A stretch of 10,559 nucleotides of DNA. It comes from Myxococcales bacterium (GTDB lineage Bacteria > Myxococcota > Myxococcia > Myxococcales > Anaeromyxobacteraceae). Shown here one piece after another: positions 1 to 7,961 of the stretch. The number at the start of each line of letters is the position of its first letter. The first letter of the stretch is position 1. The DNA is taken from positions 1-10,559 of the forward strand of contig JBBQEB010000136.1 of the NCBI GenBank assembly GCA_038320275.1. The letters are read 5' to 3'. The translations under genes were made by a program, and so were the position numbers. Below the pieces are notes generated by a model. The model was not told the DNA's origin. It did not search any database and worked only from the letters and a program-made list of their open reading frames with translations.

Positions 1-1
1 C

Positions 2-1150
2 CAGGTCGAGCTCTTCCCCGGCCGGCGGGGAGCCGGGCGCATCTTCGCCAACCAGGTGCGCCTCTCCGGTCGGGTGCCGCAGGTGTGCTGCCTGTTCGGC
101 CCGTCGGCCGCGGGTGGCGCGTACATCCCCGCGTTCTGCGACGTGGTGTTCATGGTGGAGGGCAACGCCTCGATGTATCTCGGCTCGCCGCGCATGGCGG
201 AGATGGTCATCGGCGAGAAGGTGTCGCTCGAGGAGATGGGCGGCGCGCGCATGCACTGCTCCGTCTCCGGCTGCGGGGACTTCCTCTGCGCGAGCGAGGA
301 GGAGGCCATCCGCGAGGCGCGGCGCTGGTTCGGATACCTGCCGCGCAGCCACCGCGAGCTTCCGCCCAGCGCTCCGCCGAAGGGGCCGGCGGCCTCCGCC
401 CGCGCCATCGACGAGGTCCTCCCCCCGGATCAGAACCGCGCCTTCGACATGCTGCAGGTGATCGAGGCCCTCGTCGACGAGGGCTCCTTCATGGAGGTGA
501 AGAAGCTCTGGGCGGGTGAGCTCGTCACCGGCCTCGCCCGGCTCGACGGCCAGACGGTGGGCATCGTGGCGAGCCAGCCCAAGGTGAAGGGCGGGGTGCT
601 CTTCGTCGATTCGGCGGACAAGGCGGCGCGCTTCATCTGGCTCTGCGACGCCTTCAACGTCCCGCTGCTGTATCTCGCCGACGTGCCCGGATTCATGATC
701 GGCACCAAGGTGGAGCGCGCGGGGATCATCCGGGCCGGCGCGAAGATGATCAGCGCCGTGTCGGAGGCCACCGTGCCGCGGATCTCCGTGGTCGTCCGGA
801 AGGCCTACGGCGCTGGGCTGTACGCCATGGCTGGGCCCGGCTTCGCCCCGTCCGCCTGCCTCGCGCTGCCGCAGGCCATGATCGCGGTCATGGGTCCGGA
901 GGCGGCGGTGAACGCTGTCTTCTACAACAAGATCCAGGAGCGGCCGGAGGCCGACCGCGCGGCTTACGTGACGGAGCTGAGGGACGCTTACCGCAAGGAC
1001 ATCGACATCGAGAGGCTGGCGAGCGAGCTGGTGGTGGACGCCGTCGTCCCGGGCGGTGCGCTTCGCGTCGAGCTGGTGCGGCGGTTCGCGGTGTACGCTG
1101 CTGGCTACGAGCCGCCGCGGGAACGCAAGCGGGGCGTCCTTCCGGTGTGA
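2..1150 (+). CDS. Acyl-CoA carboxylase carboxyltransferase (beta) subunit, methylcrotonyl-/propionyl-CoA carboxylase family; 5' end lies outside the window
   Basis: The frame is open from base 2 ([27 protein letters not shown]...), so GTG56 is not the true start. Carboxyl_trans motifs: [60 protein letters not shown] and C-terminal RKRGVLPV. Substrate cannot be determined from sequence. Confidence 0.93.
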   Translation, partial: QVELFPGRRGAGRIFANQVRLSGRVPQVCCLFGPSAAGGAYIPAFCDVVFMVEGNASMYLGSPRMAEMVIGEKVSLEEMGGARMHCSVSGCGDFLCASEEEAIREARRWFGYLPRSHRELPPSAPPKGPAASARAIDEVLPPDQNRAFDMLQVIEALVDEGSFMEVKKLWAGELVTGLARLDGQTVGIVASQPKVKGGVLFVDSADKAARFIWLCDAFNVPLLYLADVPGFMIGTKVERAGIIRAGAKMISAVSEATVPRISVVVRKAYGAGLYAMAGPGFAPSACLALPQAMIAVMGPEAAVNAVFYNKIQERPEADRAAYVTELRDAYRKDIDIERLASELVVDAVVPGGALRVELVRRFAVYAAGYEPPRERKRGVLPV

Positions 1151-1158
1151 GGGCTGGC

Positions 1159-2298
1159 ATGGACTTCGATCTCTCCGAAGAGCACGACCACCTGAGGCGC
1201 ACGGTCCGCGACTTCTGCGAGCTGGAGGTGAAGCCGCACGCGCGCCGCTGGGACGAGGAGGAGACGTTCCCGTCCGAGGTGGTGGCAAAGCTCGGCGAGC
1301 TGGGCCTCATGGGCATGAGCGTGCCGGAAGCCTACGGGGGGTCGGAGCTGGGAGCGCTGGGAGGGGCGGTGGTGGTGGAAGAGGTGGCCCGCCACGACGG
1401 CTCGCTCGCCCTCACGGTGGCGAGCCACAACGGGCTCGGCACGGGACACCTGCTCCGCTTCGGCTCGGAAGAGCTGAAGCAGGCGCACCTCCCCGCCATG
1501 GCGAGCGGGCGAACGCTGGCCGCCTGGGGGCTGACCGAACCGGGCTCGGGCTCGGACGCGGCGGGGCTCCGCACCACCGCCGTGAGGCGGGGCGGCGGAT
1601 GGGTGTTGAACGGCACCAAGACCTTCATCACCCAGGGCACGGTGGGAGGGGTGTTCGTCATCCTCGCGCTCACCGAGCCGGCCCTCCGTACGAAGGGCAT
1701 CACCGCGTTCCTGGTGGAGAAGGGTGCCAAGGGCTTCACCCAGCGCGCTCTCCAGCACAAGCTCGGGATGCGCAGCTCGGACACCGCAGAGCTTCACCTG
1801 GACGAGGTGGAGGTCCCCGACGCGCAGCGCATCGGAGACGTGAATCACGGCTACCTGGACACCCTGCAGATCCTCGACCGCGGCCGCATCAGCATCGGCG
1901 CGCTGGCGGTGGGGCTCGCGCGAGGCGCGCTGGAGGACGCGCGGGCCTACGCGCTGGAGCGCAAGGCGTTCGGACAGCCCATCGCGCGCTTCCAGGCCAT
2001 CTCGTTCGGCCTCGCCGACGTGGCCACCGAGGTCGCCGCGGCGCGGCTGCTCGTGCATCGGGCGGCGCTGCTGGCGGACGCCGGCCAGCCGTTCCGCGCC
2101 GAGGCCTCCATGGCGAAGCTGTTCGCCAGCGAGGTCGCCATGCGCGCCACCTCGCTCGCCATCCAGATCCACGGAGGCAACGGGTACACCAGCGACTTCC
2201 CCGTGGAGCGCTACTTCCGCGACGCGAAGCTGTGCGAGATCGGCGAGGGCACGAGCGAGGTGCAGCGGATGGTCATCTCGCGCGAGGCCCTGCGTTGA
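1159..2298 (+). CDS. Acyl-CoA dehydrogenase (short/branched-chain type), ~379 aa
   Basis: Motifs [59 protein letters not shown] and [20 protein letters not shown]1159 (MDFDLSEEH) gives a typical N-terminus. Alternative GTG1147 overlaps the upstream stop (GTGA). Confidence 0.95.
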   Translation: MDFDLSEEHDHLRRTVRDFCELEVKPHARRWDEEETFPSEVVAKLGELGLMGMSVPEAYGGSELGALGGAVVVEEVARHDGSLALTVASHNGLGTGHLLRFGSEELKQAHLPAMASGRTLAAWGLTEPGSGSDAAGLRTTAVRRGGGWVLNGTKTFITQGTVGGVFVILALTEPALRTKGITAFLVEKGAKGFTQRALQHKLGMRSSDTAELHLDEVEVPDAQRIGDVNHGYLDTLQILDRGRISIGALAVGLARGALEDARAYALERKAFGQPIARFQAISFGLADVATEVAAARLLVHRAALLADAGQPFRAEASMAKLFASEVAMRATSLAIQIHGGNGYTSDFPVERYFRDAKLCEIGEGTSEVQRMVISREALR

Positions 2299-2344
2299 CG
2301 CTCTCCAGCTCGTCGTCCGTCGACCCGCGGAGCCAGCGAACACC

Positions 2345-3367
2345 TTGACCGACTCCATCGCAGCTCGCGTGCGCTCCGGCGACGTCCGCACCGCCGCCCG
2401 CCTCATGCGCGGCCTCGACGACAACCTTCCGCAGGCGGTGACCGCCCTCCGCGAGCTCTTCGCGCACACAGGAAGGGCGTACGTGGTCGGGCTCACCGGC
2501 GCGCCGGGCGCCGGAAAGTCGTCCCTCACCGACCGGCTCATCGCCCATCATCGGGCGGCCGGGCGCAGCGTGGGGGTGGTGGCCGTCGATCCCACGAGCC
2601 CGTTCACGGGCGGCGCCATCCTGGGCGACCGCATCCGGATGCAGGACCACGCGCTCGACGAGGGGGTGTTCATCCGCTCCATGGCCACCCGAGGGAACCT
2701 GGGCGGCCTCTCGCGCGCCACCGCGGACGTCGTGACGGTGATGGACGCCATGGGCAAGGACGTGGTGATCGTGGAGACGGTGGGCGTGGGTCAGGACGAG
2801 ATCGAGGTGGCCGCGCTGGCGCACACGGTGGTGGTGGTCTCGGTCCCGGGCCTGGGGGACGACGTGCAGGCGATCAAGGCGGGCGTGCTCGAGATCGCGG
2901 ACGTGTTCGCGGTGAACAAGGCCGACCGGGAGGGCGCCGATCGCACCGTGCGGGACCTCCGGAACATGCTGGAGCTGCGCCGCACCACCGCCACCCGCAC
3001 GACCCTCGACCACGACGCGGGGCACCGGATGCGGGCCGCCGAGTCGGTCGCCGCCGACGACCCGACCTTCTGGGAGCCACCCATCGTGAAGACGGTGGCG
3101 CTGCGCGACGAGGGTGTGGCCGAGCTGGCGGCCGCCGTGGATCAGCACCGCGCCCACCTCGAGACCACCGGGCTCAAGAAGGGCCGGGAGGTGGGGCGCG
3201 CGCGGGCCGGGTTCCTGGCGCTGCTTCGCGAGCGGCTCCTCCGAGGCGCGCTCGACCGGCTGGCGGCTGAGATGGGCCAGCTCGACGAGATCGCGGCGCG
3301 CATCGCTGCCCACGAGGCCGATCCCTACGCGCTCGCAGACGAGCTCGCGGCACGGCTGCGCGGGTGA
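2345..3367 (+). CDS. meaB: MeaB/ArgK family GTPase (chaperone of B12-dependent acyl-CoA mutases)
   Basis: P-loop GLTGAPGAGKSS, AVDPTSPFTGGAILGDRIRM, FIRSMATRGNLGGLS, IVETVGVGQDE, PGLGDDVQAIKAGVLEIAD and VNKAD. TTG start with GGAG at 2329-2332. Confidence 0.93.
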   Translation: MTDSIAARVRSGDVRTAARLMRGLDDNLPQAVTALRELFAHTGRAYVVGLTGAPGAGKSSLTDRLIAHHRAAGRSVGVVAVDPTSPFTGGAILGDRIRMQDHALDEGVFIRSMATRGNLGGLSRATADVVTVMDAMGKDVVIVETVGVGQDEIEVAALAHTVVVVSVPGLGDDVQAIKAGVLEIADVFAVNKADREGADRTVRDLRNMLELRRTTATRTTLDHDAGHRMRAAESVAADDPTFWEPPIVKTVALRDEGVAELAAAVDQHRAHLETTGLKKGREVGRARAGFLALLRERLLRGALDRLAAEMGQLDEIAARIAAHEADPYALADELAARLRG

Positions 3368-3372
3368 GGCCG

Positions 3373-4215
3373 ATGTCTACCGCCGACGAGACCTTGCAAG
3401 CGACGCAGCCGCCGACGCCGGCCGAGCCCGAGCCGGCAGGGGAGCCTCCCCCAGCACCTGAGCCGCCAGGCGCCGCGGAGCCCTCCGGGCCGGCGCGGGA
3501 CCCGCTGGCTGCCGCCCTCGAGGACCGCCTCGGCTTTCCCATCGAGCGCCCCGACCTCGTGGTGGCCGCCCTCACCCACACCTCCTTCGTCAACGAGCAC
3601 CGGGGCGAGACGCTCCAGGACAACGAGCGGCTGGAGTTCCTGGGCGACGCGGTCATCTCCCTCGCCGTCTCGCAGCGGCTCATGGAGCGCTTTCCAGGTG
3701 CGAGCGAGGGCGAGCTCTCGAAGCTGCGCGCGGCGCTGGTAGACGAGGCGGCCCTGGCGAAGCTGGCGGTGCAGCTCGACCTCGGGGCCTTGCTCCGGCT
3801 GGGCAGGGGAGAGGAGCTGACGGGAGGGCGGAAGAAGGTGTCCCTTCTCGCCGATGCGCTGGAGGCGGTGGTGGCAGCGCTCTACCTCGCGGGCGGCCTC
3901 GCGCCCGTGCTGGCGCTGGTGGACGGGTTCCACGGCGAGGCCTTCGAACGCGCGGCCACCGGTGCGCTCGCGCGGGATCACAAGACGCTGCTTCAGGAAT
4001 TGTCCCAGCGCAGGCTCAAGGCGACGCCGCGCTACCGGGTGGTGGCGGAGCACGGGCCAGACCACGCCAAGACGTTCGAGGTGGAGATCGAGCTCCGGGG
4101 CGAAATGCTGGGGCGCGGGGCGGGGCGGACGAAGAAGGACGCCGAGCAGTCGGCCGCGAAGCTTGCGCTGGAGGTGATCGCGGCGCGCGCGAGCGACCCC
4201 CCGCTCGAAGGATGA
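3373..4215 (+). CDS. rnc: Ribonuclease III with an N-terminal Pro/Glu-rich extension
   Basis: ALTHTS, signature NERLEFLGDAV, EGELSKLRAALV, ADALEA (catalytic D/E) and a C-terminal dsRBD (DHKTLLQE...GPDHAKTF...GRTKKDAEQSAA). Start is ATG3373 or GTG3364 (overlapping the meaB stop). Confidence 0.96.
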   Translation: MSTADETLQATQPPTPAEPEPAGEPPPAPEPPGAAEPSGPARDPLAAALEDRLGFPIERPDLVVAALTHTSFVNEHRGETLQDNERLEFLGDAVISLAVSQRLMERFPGASEGELSKLRAALVDEAALAKLAVQLDLGALLRLGRGEELTGGRKKVSLLADALEAVVAALYLAGGLAPVLALVDGFHGEAFERAATGALARDHKTLLQELSQRRLKATPRYRVVAEHGPDHAKTFEVEIELRGEMLGRGAGRTKKDAEQSAAKLALEVIAARASDPPLEG

Positions 4216-4241
4216 ACCGGCGCGAGAGGGGGGCCTTTCCT

Positions 4242-4270
4242 TTGCGGTGCGGGGACGCGGTCCTTAAGCC
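4242..4270 (+). promoter_or_regulatory. Putative sigma70-type promoter for the cyclophilin/era genes (possibly leaderless)
   Basis: TTGCGG (4242-4247), 17-nt spacer, TAAGCC (4265-4270), then 7 nt to ATG4278. No Shine-Dalgarno sequence. The hexamer lacks the conserved final T. Confidence 0.4.
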
Positions 4271-4277
4271 CCCGCGC

Positions 4278-4973
4278 ATGTCACGCCTCCTCGCGCTCGC
4301 CCTCGCCGCGCTCCTCGCGCCCGCGCTCGTCCACGCCGACCCCCCCTCCGGCAAGGGTGGCAAGAAGCCGGCGGGCACGGGCGCGCCCAAGTCCGACCAC
4401 GGGGCCGATGGAAAGCTTCCCAGCGAGCTCTACGCCACCTTCGTCACCAGCGCCGGCCCCATCGGCGTGCGGCTCTTCCCCGACGCCAAGCCGAACAGCG
4501 TCAGGAACTTCGTCGAGCTGGCCGAGGGCAAGAAGGAATGGACCGACCCGCGCACCGGGGCGAAGTCGCACGCGCCGCTCTACGACGGCACCGTGTTCCA
4601 TCGGGTCATCCCGGGCTTCATGATCCAGGGCGGTGATCCCCTCGGCCAGGGCGTGGGCGGCCCCGGGTACGCCATCCCCGACGAGATCGAGCCGAACGAG
4701 ACCTTCTTCGGCAAGCCCTGCCAGCTCGCCTACGCCAACTCGGGCCCGAACACCAACGGCTCGCAGTTCTTCATCACGGAAGTAGCGACGCAGCACCTCG
4801 ACGCGCGCCGGTGCAGCAACAGCCCGTCCGGAACCTGCGGCTACGTGCGCTTCGGCGAGGGCGTGTGCGGCTGCGAGCTCGTCGCCAAGATCGCGCGGGC
4901 GGGCAACGGCGCCACCAAGCTCGAGAAGGTCATCATCTCGAAGACGAAGCCCATCTGCGCTGCCGCGCACTGA
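4278..4973 (+). CDS. Cyclophilin-type peptidyl-prolyl cis-trans isomerase with Sec signal peptide (exported), Cys-rich
   Basis: MSRLLALALAALLAPALVHA|D fits a signal peptide. A G/K/P linker precedes the cyclophilin motifs YDGTVFHRVIPGFMIQGGDP and AYANSGPNTNGSQFFIT. In-frame ATG4212 overlaps the rnc stop, but ATG4278 gives the clean signal peptide. Confidence 0.92.
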   Translation: MSRLLALALAALLAPALVHADPPSGKGGKKPAGTGAPKSDHGADGKLPSELYATFVTSAGPIGVRLFPDAKPNSVRNFVELAEGKKEWTDPRTGAKSHAPLYDGTVFHRVIPGFMIQGGDPLGQGVGGPGYAIPDEIEPNETFFGKPCQLAYANSGPNTNGSQFFITEVATQHLDARRCSNSPSGTCGYVRFGEGVCGCELVAKIARAGNGATKLEKVIISKTKPICAAAH

Positions 4974-5005
4974 ACCTGTCACTCAACCCCAGCACGAGGG
5001 CATCC

Positions 5006-5512
5006 ATGGCCGACCAGACCTACGCCATCTTCAGCACGTCCGCGGGCGACATCACGGTGCAGCTCTGGCCGGACCGCGCGCCCAAGACCGTCGAGAACTT
5101 CGTTGGACTGGCGGAGGGCACGCTGGAGTGGACCGACCCCGTCAGCAAGGGGAAGGTGAAGCGGCCGCTCTACGACGGCACCGTCTTCCACCGCGTCATC
5201 CCGGAGTTCATGATCCAGGGCGGCGATCCGCTGGGCAACGGCACCGGCGGACCGGGCTTCCGTTTCGCAGACGAGATCCACGCCGACAACCGCTTCGACC
5301 GGCCGGGGCTGCTCGCCATGGCGAACGCTGGACCGGGGACGAACGGCTCGCAGTTCTTCATCACCGAGGTGCCCACGCCGCACCTCAACCGCGGCCACAC
5401 CATCTTCGGCGAGGTGGTGAAGGGCGCCGAGCTGATCTCCAAGATCGCGCGGGCAGGGAACGCCAAGACGAAGCTCACCAAGGTCACCATCACCCGCGGC
5501 GTGCAGCCCTGA
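5006..5512 (+). CDS. Cyclophilin-type peptidyl-prolyl cis-trans isomerase, cytoplasmic, 168 aa
   Basis: APKTVENFVGLA, YDGTVFHRVIPEFMIQGGDP, LAMANAGPGTNGSQFFIT and PHLNRGHTIFGEV. SD-like GAGGG at 4996-5000 precedes ATG5006. The ORF-track start at 4811 overlaps the upstream gene and is implausible. Confidence 0.95.
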   Translation: MADQTYAIFSTSAGDITVQLWPDRAPKTVENFVGLAEGTLEWTDPVSKGKVKRPLYDGTVFHRVIPEFMIQGGDPLGNGTGGPGFRFADEIHADNRFDRPGLLAMANAGPGTNGSQFFITEVPTPHLNRGHTIFGEVVKGAELISKIARAGNAKTKLTKVTITRGVQP

Positions 5513-5516
5513 TCCG

Positions 5517-6446
5517 GTGGTGAAGGAGGCGCCGGTCCAGGCGGGCTTCGTCGCCATTGTCGGGCGGCCGAACGTCGGCAAGTCCACCCTCCTCAACCGG
5601 ATCCTGGGCGAGAAGATCGCCATCGTCTCGCCCAGGCCGCAGACCACCCGGACGCGCATCCTGGGGGTGTGGAACGGCGAGCGGGCGCAGCTCGCCTTCT
5701 TCGACACGCCCGGCCTGCACCGCGCCCAGGGCCCCCTCAACCGGCGCATGGTCGAGGTGGGCCTCACCACGCTCTCCGAGGTGGACGTGGCGCTGCTCCT
5801 GGTGGAGGCGGGCACCGGCCCTGGCGGGCGCGTCGAGGTCGGCGAGGGCACCCGCTGGATCGCCGAGGAGGTGGCCCGGAGCGGAAAGCCTGCCGTCCTC
5901 GGCATCAACAAGATGGATCGCGCCCCGCGCGAGGCGCTCCTCCCGGTCATCGCCGCCTACAAGGACCTGCACGCCTGGGCCGAGATCGTGCCCTTTTCGG
6001 CGCTCACCGGCGAGAACGTCCCAGACCTCCTGGCGACCCTGTCGCGCCTCGTGCCGCCCTCCGAGGCGCCTCTCTTCCCGCCGGACGTCCTGACCGACCA
6101 GGCCGAGCGCCAGCTCGCGGCGGAGTACGTGCGGGAAGGGATCATGCTCCTCACGCGGGACGAGGTGCCCTACGCGGCGGCGGTGGAGGTGGAGGAGTTC
6201 GACGAGTCGGAGCGCGAGCGCGGGCCGCGCGGGCTGGTGCGCATCTCGGCGATCATCTCCGTCGAGCGCGAGAGCCAGAAGGGCATCGTCATCGGAAAGC
6301 GCGGCGCCATGCTGAAGGCCATCGGCACGGCGGCGCGGGAGGGGCTGGAACGGCTCCTCGCCTGCAAGGTGTACCTCTCGCTGCGCGTCCGGGTGGACGA
6401 GCGCTGGAGCGAGGGCGAGGCGTCCCTGCGGCGGCACGGCCTGTAG
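5517..6446 (+). CDS. era: GTPase Era (30S ribosome maturation)
   Basis: GFVAIVGRPNVGKSTLLN, PQTTR, DTPG, NKMD, SAL, E(V)PY, and a KH domain with ERESQKGIVIGKRGAMLKAIG and KVYLSLRVRV. Start GTG5517 or GTG5520. Confidence 0.97.
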   Translation: MVKEAPVQAGFVAIVGRPNVGKSTLLNRILGEKIAIVSPRPQTTRTRILGVWNGERAQLAFFDTPGLHRAQGPLNRRMVEVGLTTLSEVDVALLLVEAGTGPGGRVEVGEGTRWIAEEVARSGKPAVLGINKMDRAPREALLPVIAAYKDLHAWAEIVPFSALTGENVPDLLATLSRLVPPSEAPLFPPDVLTDQAERQLAAEYVREGIMLLTRDEVPYAAAVEVEEFDESERERGPRGLVRISAIISVERESQKGIVIGKRGAMLKAIGTAAREGLERLLACKVYLSLRVRVDERWSEGEASLRRHGL

Positions 6447-6451
6447 CGGGC

Positions 6452-6513
6452 GCCTCCGGCTCGCGAGCCCCCTCGCGCACGGGAGGCCCCCAGGGCCCCC
6501 CGCGCCGGGCCCT
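6452..6513. other. Two GC-rich hairpins in the era-der spacer (possible terminator or processing signal)
   Basis: GCCTCC (6452-6457)/GGAGGC (6482-6487) encloses CGCGAG-cccc-CTCGCG (6462-6477). A second stem is AGGGCCC (6492-6498)/GGGCCCT (6507-6513). No U-tract. Confidence 0.3.
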
Positions 6514-6519
6514 CCGCCG

Positions 6520-6528
6520 TGCTAACAC
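6520..6528 (+). promoter_or_regulatory. Putative extended -10 element for der (possibly leaderless)
   Basis: TG-c-TAACAC (6520-6528), then 6 nt to GTG6535. No SD and no recognisable -35. Confidence 0.35.
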
Positions 6529-6534
6529 ACCCCC

Positions 6535-7959
6535 GTGGCCCGCCCTCTCATCGCCCTCGTCGGACGGCCGAACGTCGGCAAGTCCACCCTGTTCAACCGG
6601 CTCGCGGGCAAGCGAGCGGCGATCGTCGAGAACGTGCCCGGGGTCACCCGCGACCGCAACTACGTGGACGCCGAGTGGGATGGACGGGCGGTCGCGTTCG
6701 TCGACACGGGCGGCTTCGAGCCCGGCTCGCGCGATGCGATGATGGAGCTCGTACGCCGTCAGGCGCAGCTCGCCGTGGACGAGGCCTCGGCGGTGATCCT
6801 GGTCGTCGACGCACGGGAGGGGCTCACCGAGGTCGACGCGGACGTGGCGCGCATGCTGCGGCGCTCCGGGAAGCCCATCTTCGTCGCCGCCAACAAGGTC
6901 GACGACGCGAAGCACGAGGGGGAGATGCCCCTCGCCGACTTCCACCGGCTGGGGCTGGGGGACGTCCATCCCATCTCGGCGGAGCACGGCCGCGGGACGG
7001 GCGACCTGGTGGAGGCGGTGCTGGGGGCGCTCGGGCCTGAGGCGGAGGCCTCGGCCCCGCCGGCCGACGAGGTCGAGCCGGTGGAGGTCGATCCGGACGG
7101 GTCGCCGGAGGATCCGGGCGAAGCGCCCCGCGGCCCCATCCGCCTCGCCATCGTGGGGCGGCCGAACGTCGGCAAGAGCACGCTCGTGAACGCGATGCTG
7201 GGCGAGGAGCGCTTCGTCGTCTCGGAGGTAGCCGGGACCACGCGCGACGCCATCGACACTGCCCTCGCGCACGGCGGGCAGGACTTCATCGTCACCGACA
7301 CGGCTGGCATCCGCCGCAAGAGCTCCATCGCCCAAAAGGTGGAGGCCTACTCGGTGGTGCGGGCGATGCGGTCCATCGACGAGGCGGAGGTGGTGGCGTG
7401 CCTCCTCGACGCCGGCGAGGCCGGGGTGGAGCAGGACGCCCGACTGCTCGGACTGGTGGCGGAGAAGGGCAGGGCGCTCGTCATCGTCGTGAACAAGTGG
7501 GACCTCGCCGAGCGCGAGGGGGCGACCCAGGCCTGGTACCGCGACGAGCTGCACAAGCGGCTGCCCTTCGTGGCCTGGGCGCCGATGATCTTCATCTCCG
7601 GCCGCACCGGGAAGGGCGTGGCGAAGGTGCTCGACACCGCTGCGCGCCTCGTCCAGCAGCACCGCGCCCGCTTCCCGACCCACGCCATGAACGAGCTGCT
7701 CGCGGAGCTGCAGGTGGCCCACCCGGCACCCTTCGCGCGCGGACGGCCGGTGAAGCTCTACTACGTGGCGCAGGTCGCCTACGCGCCGCCCACCTTCGTC
7801 GTGCAGTGCAACCGGCCGGAAGGGCTGGCCGACGGCTACAAGCGCTACGTGGAGAACCGCTTCCGCGAAGCCTTTGGCCTCGAGGTGCCGATGCGGATCG
7901 TCTACAAGGAGCGCAAGCGGCGGAGCCGTCCTCCCCCCGGAGGAAAGGGCTCTTACTGA
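6535..7959 (+). CDS. der: Ribosome biogenesis GTPase Der (EngA)
   Basis: Two tandem G domains (GRPNVGKS/PGVTRD/DTGG/NKVD and GRPNVGKS/AGTTRD/DTAGIRRK/NKWD) joined by an acidic linker, plus a C-terminal KH-like domain (KLYYVAQV..PPTFV..YKRYVENRFREAFGL). Double stop TGA TAG. Confidence 0.98.
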   Translation: MARPLIALVGRPNVGKSTLFNRLAGKRAAIVENVPGVTRDRNYVDAEWDGRAVAFVDTGGFEPGSRDAMMELVRRQAQLAVDEASAVILVVDAREGLTEVDADVARMLRRSGKPIFVAANKVDDAKHEGEMPLADFHRLGLGDVHPISAEHGRGTGDLVEAVLGALGPEAEASAPPADEVEPVEVDPDGSPEDPGEAPRGPIRLAIVGRPNVGKSTLVNAMLGEERFVVSEVAGTTRDAIDTALAHGGQDFIVTDTAGIRRKSSIAQKVEAYSVVRAMRSIDEAEVVACLLDAGEAGVEQDARLLGLVAEKGRALVIVVNKWDLAEREGATQAWYRDELHKRLPFVAWAPMIFISGRTGKGVAKVLDTAARLVQQHRARFPTHAMNELLAELQVAHPAPFARGRPVKLYYVAQVAYAPPTFVVQCNRPEGLADGYKRYVENRFREAFGLEVPMRIVYKERKRRSRPPPGGKGSY

Positions 7960-7961
7960 TA

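Noticed and set aside
2295..2325. TTGACG overlapping the dehydrogenase stop as a -35 box for meaB
   Set aside because: There is no -10-like hexamer 16-18 nt downstream.
4212..4277. Possible Tat signal from the upstream in-frame ATG4212 (MNRRERGAF...)
   Set aside because: RR is not followed by the x-F-L consensus and lies far from the hydrophobic core. ATG4278 gives an ordinary Sec signal.
5559..6590. Near-identical 32-nt direct repeat (31/32) at 5559-5590 and 6559-6590, exactly 1000 bp apart, with a partial third copy at 7156-7176
   Set aside because: All copies encode the GRPNVGKS(TL) P-loop of Era and Der. Protein conservation plus codon bias explains the identity, and the round spacing is coincidence.
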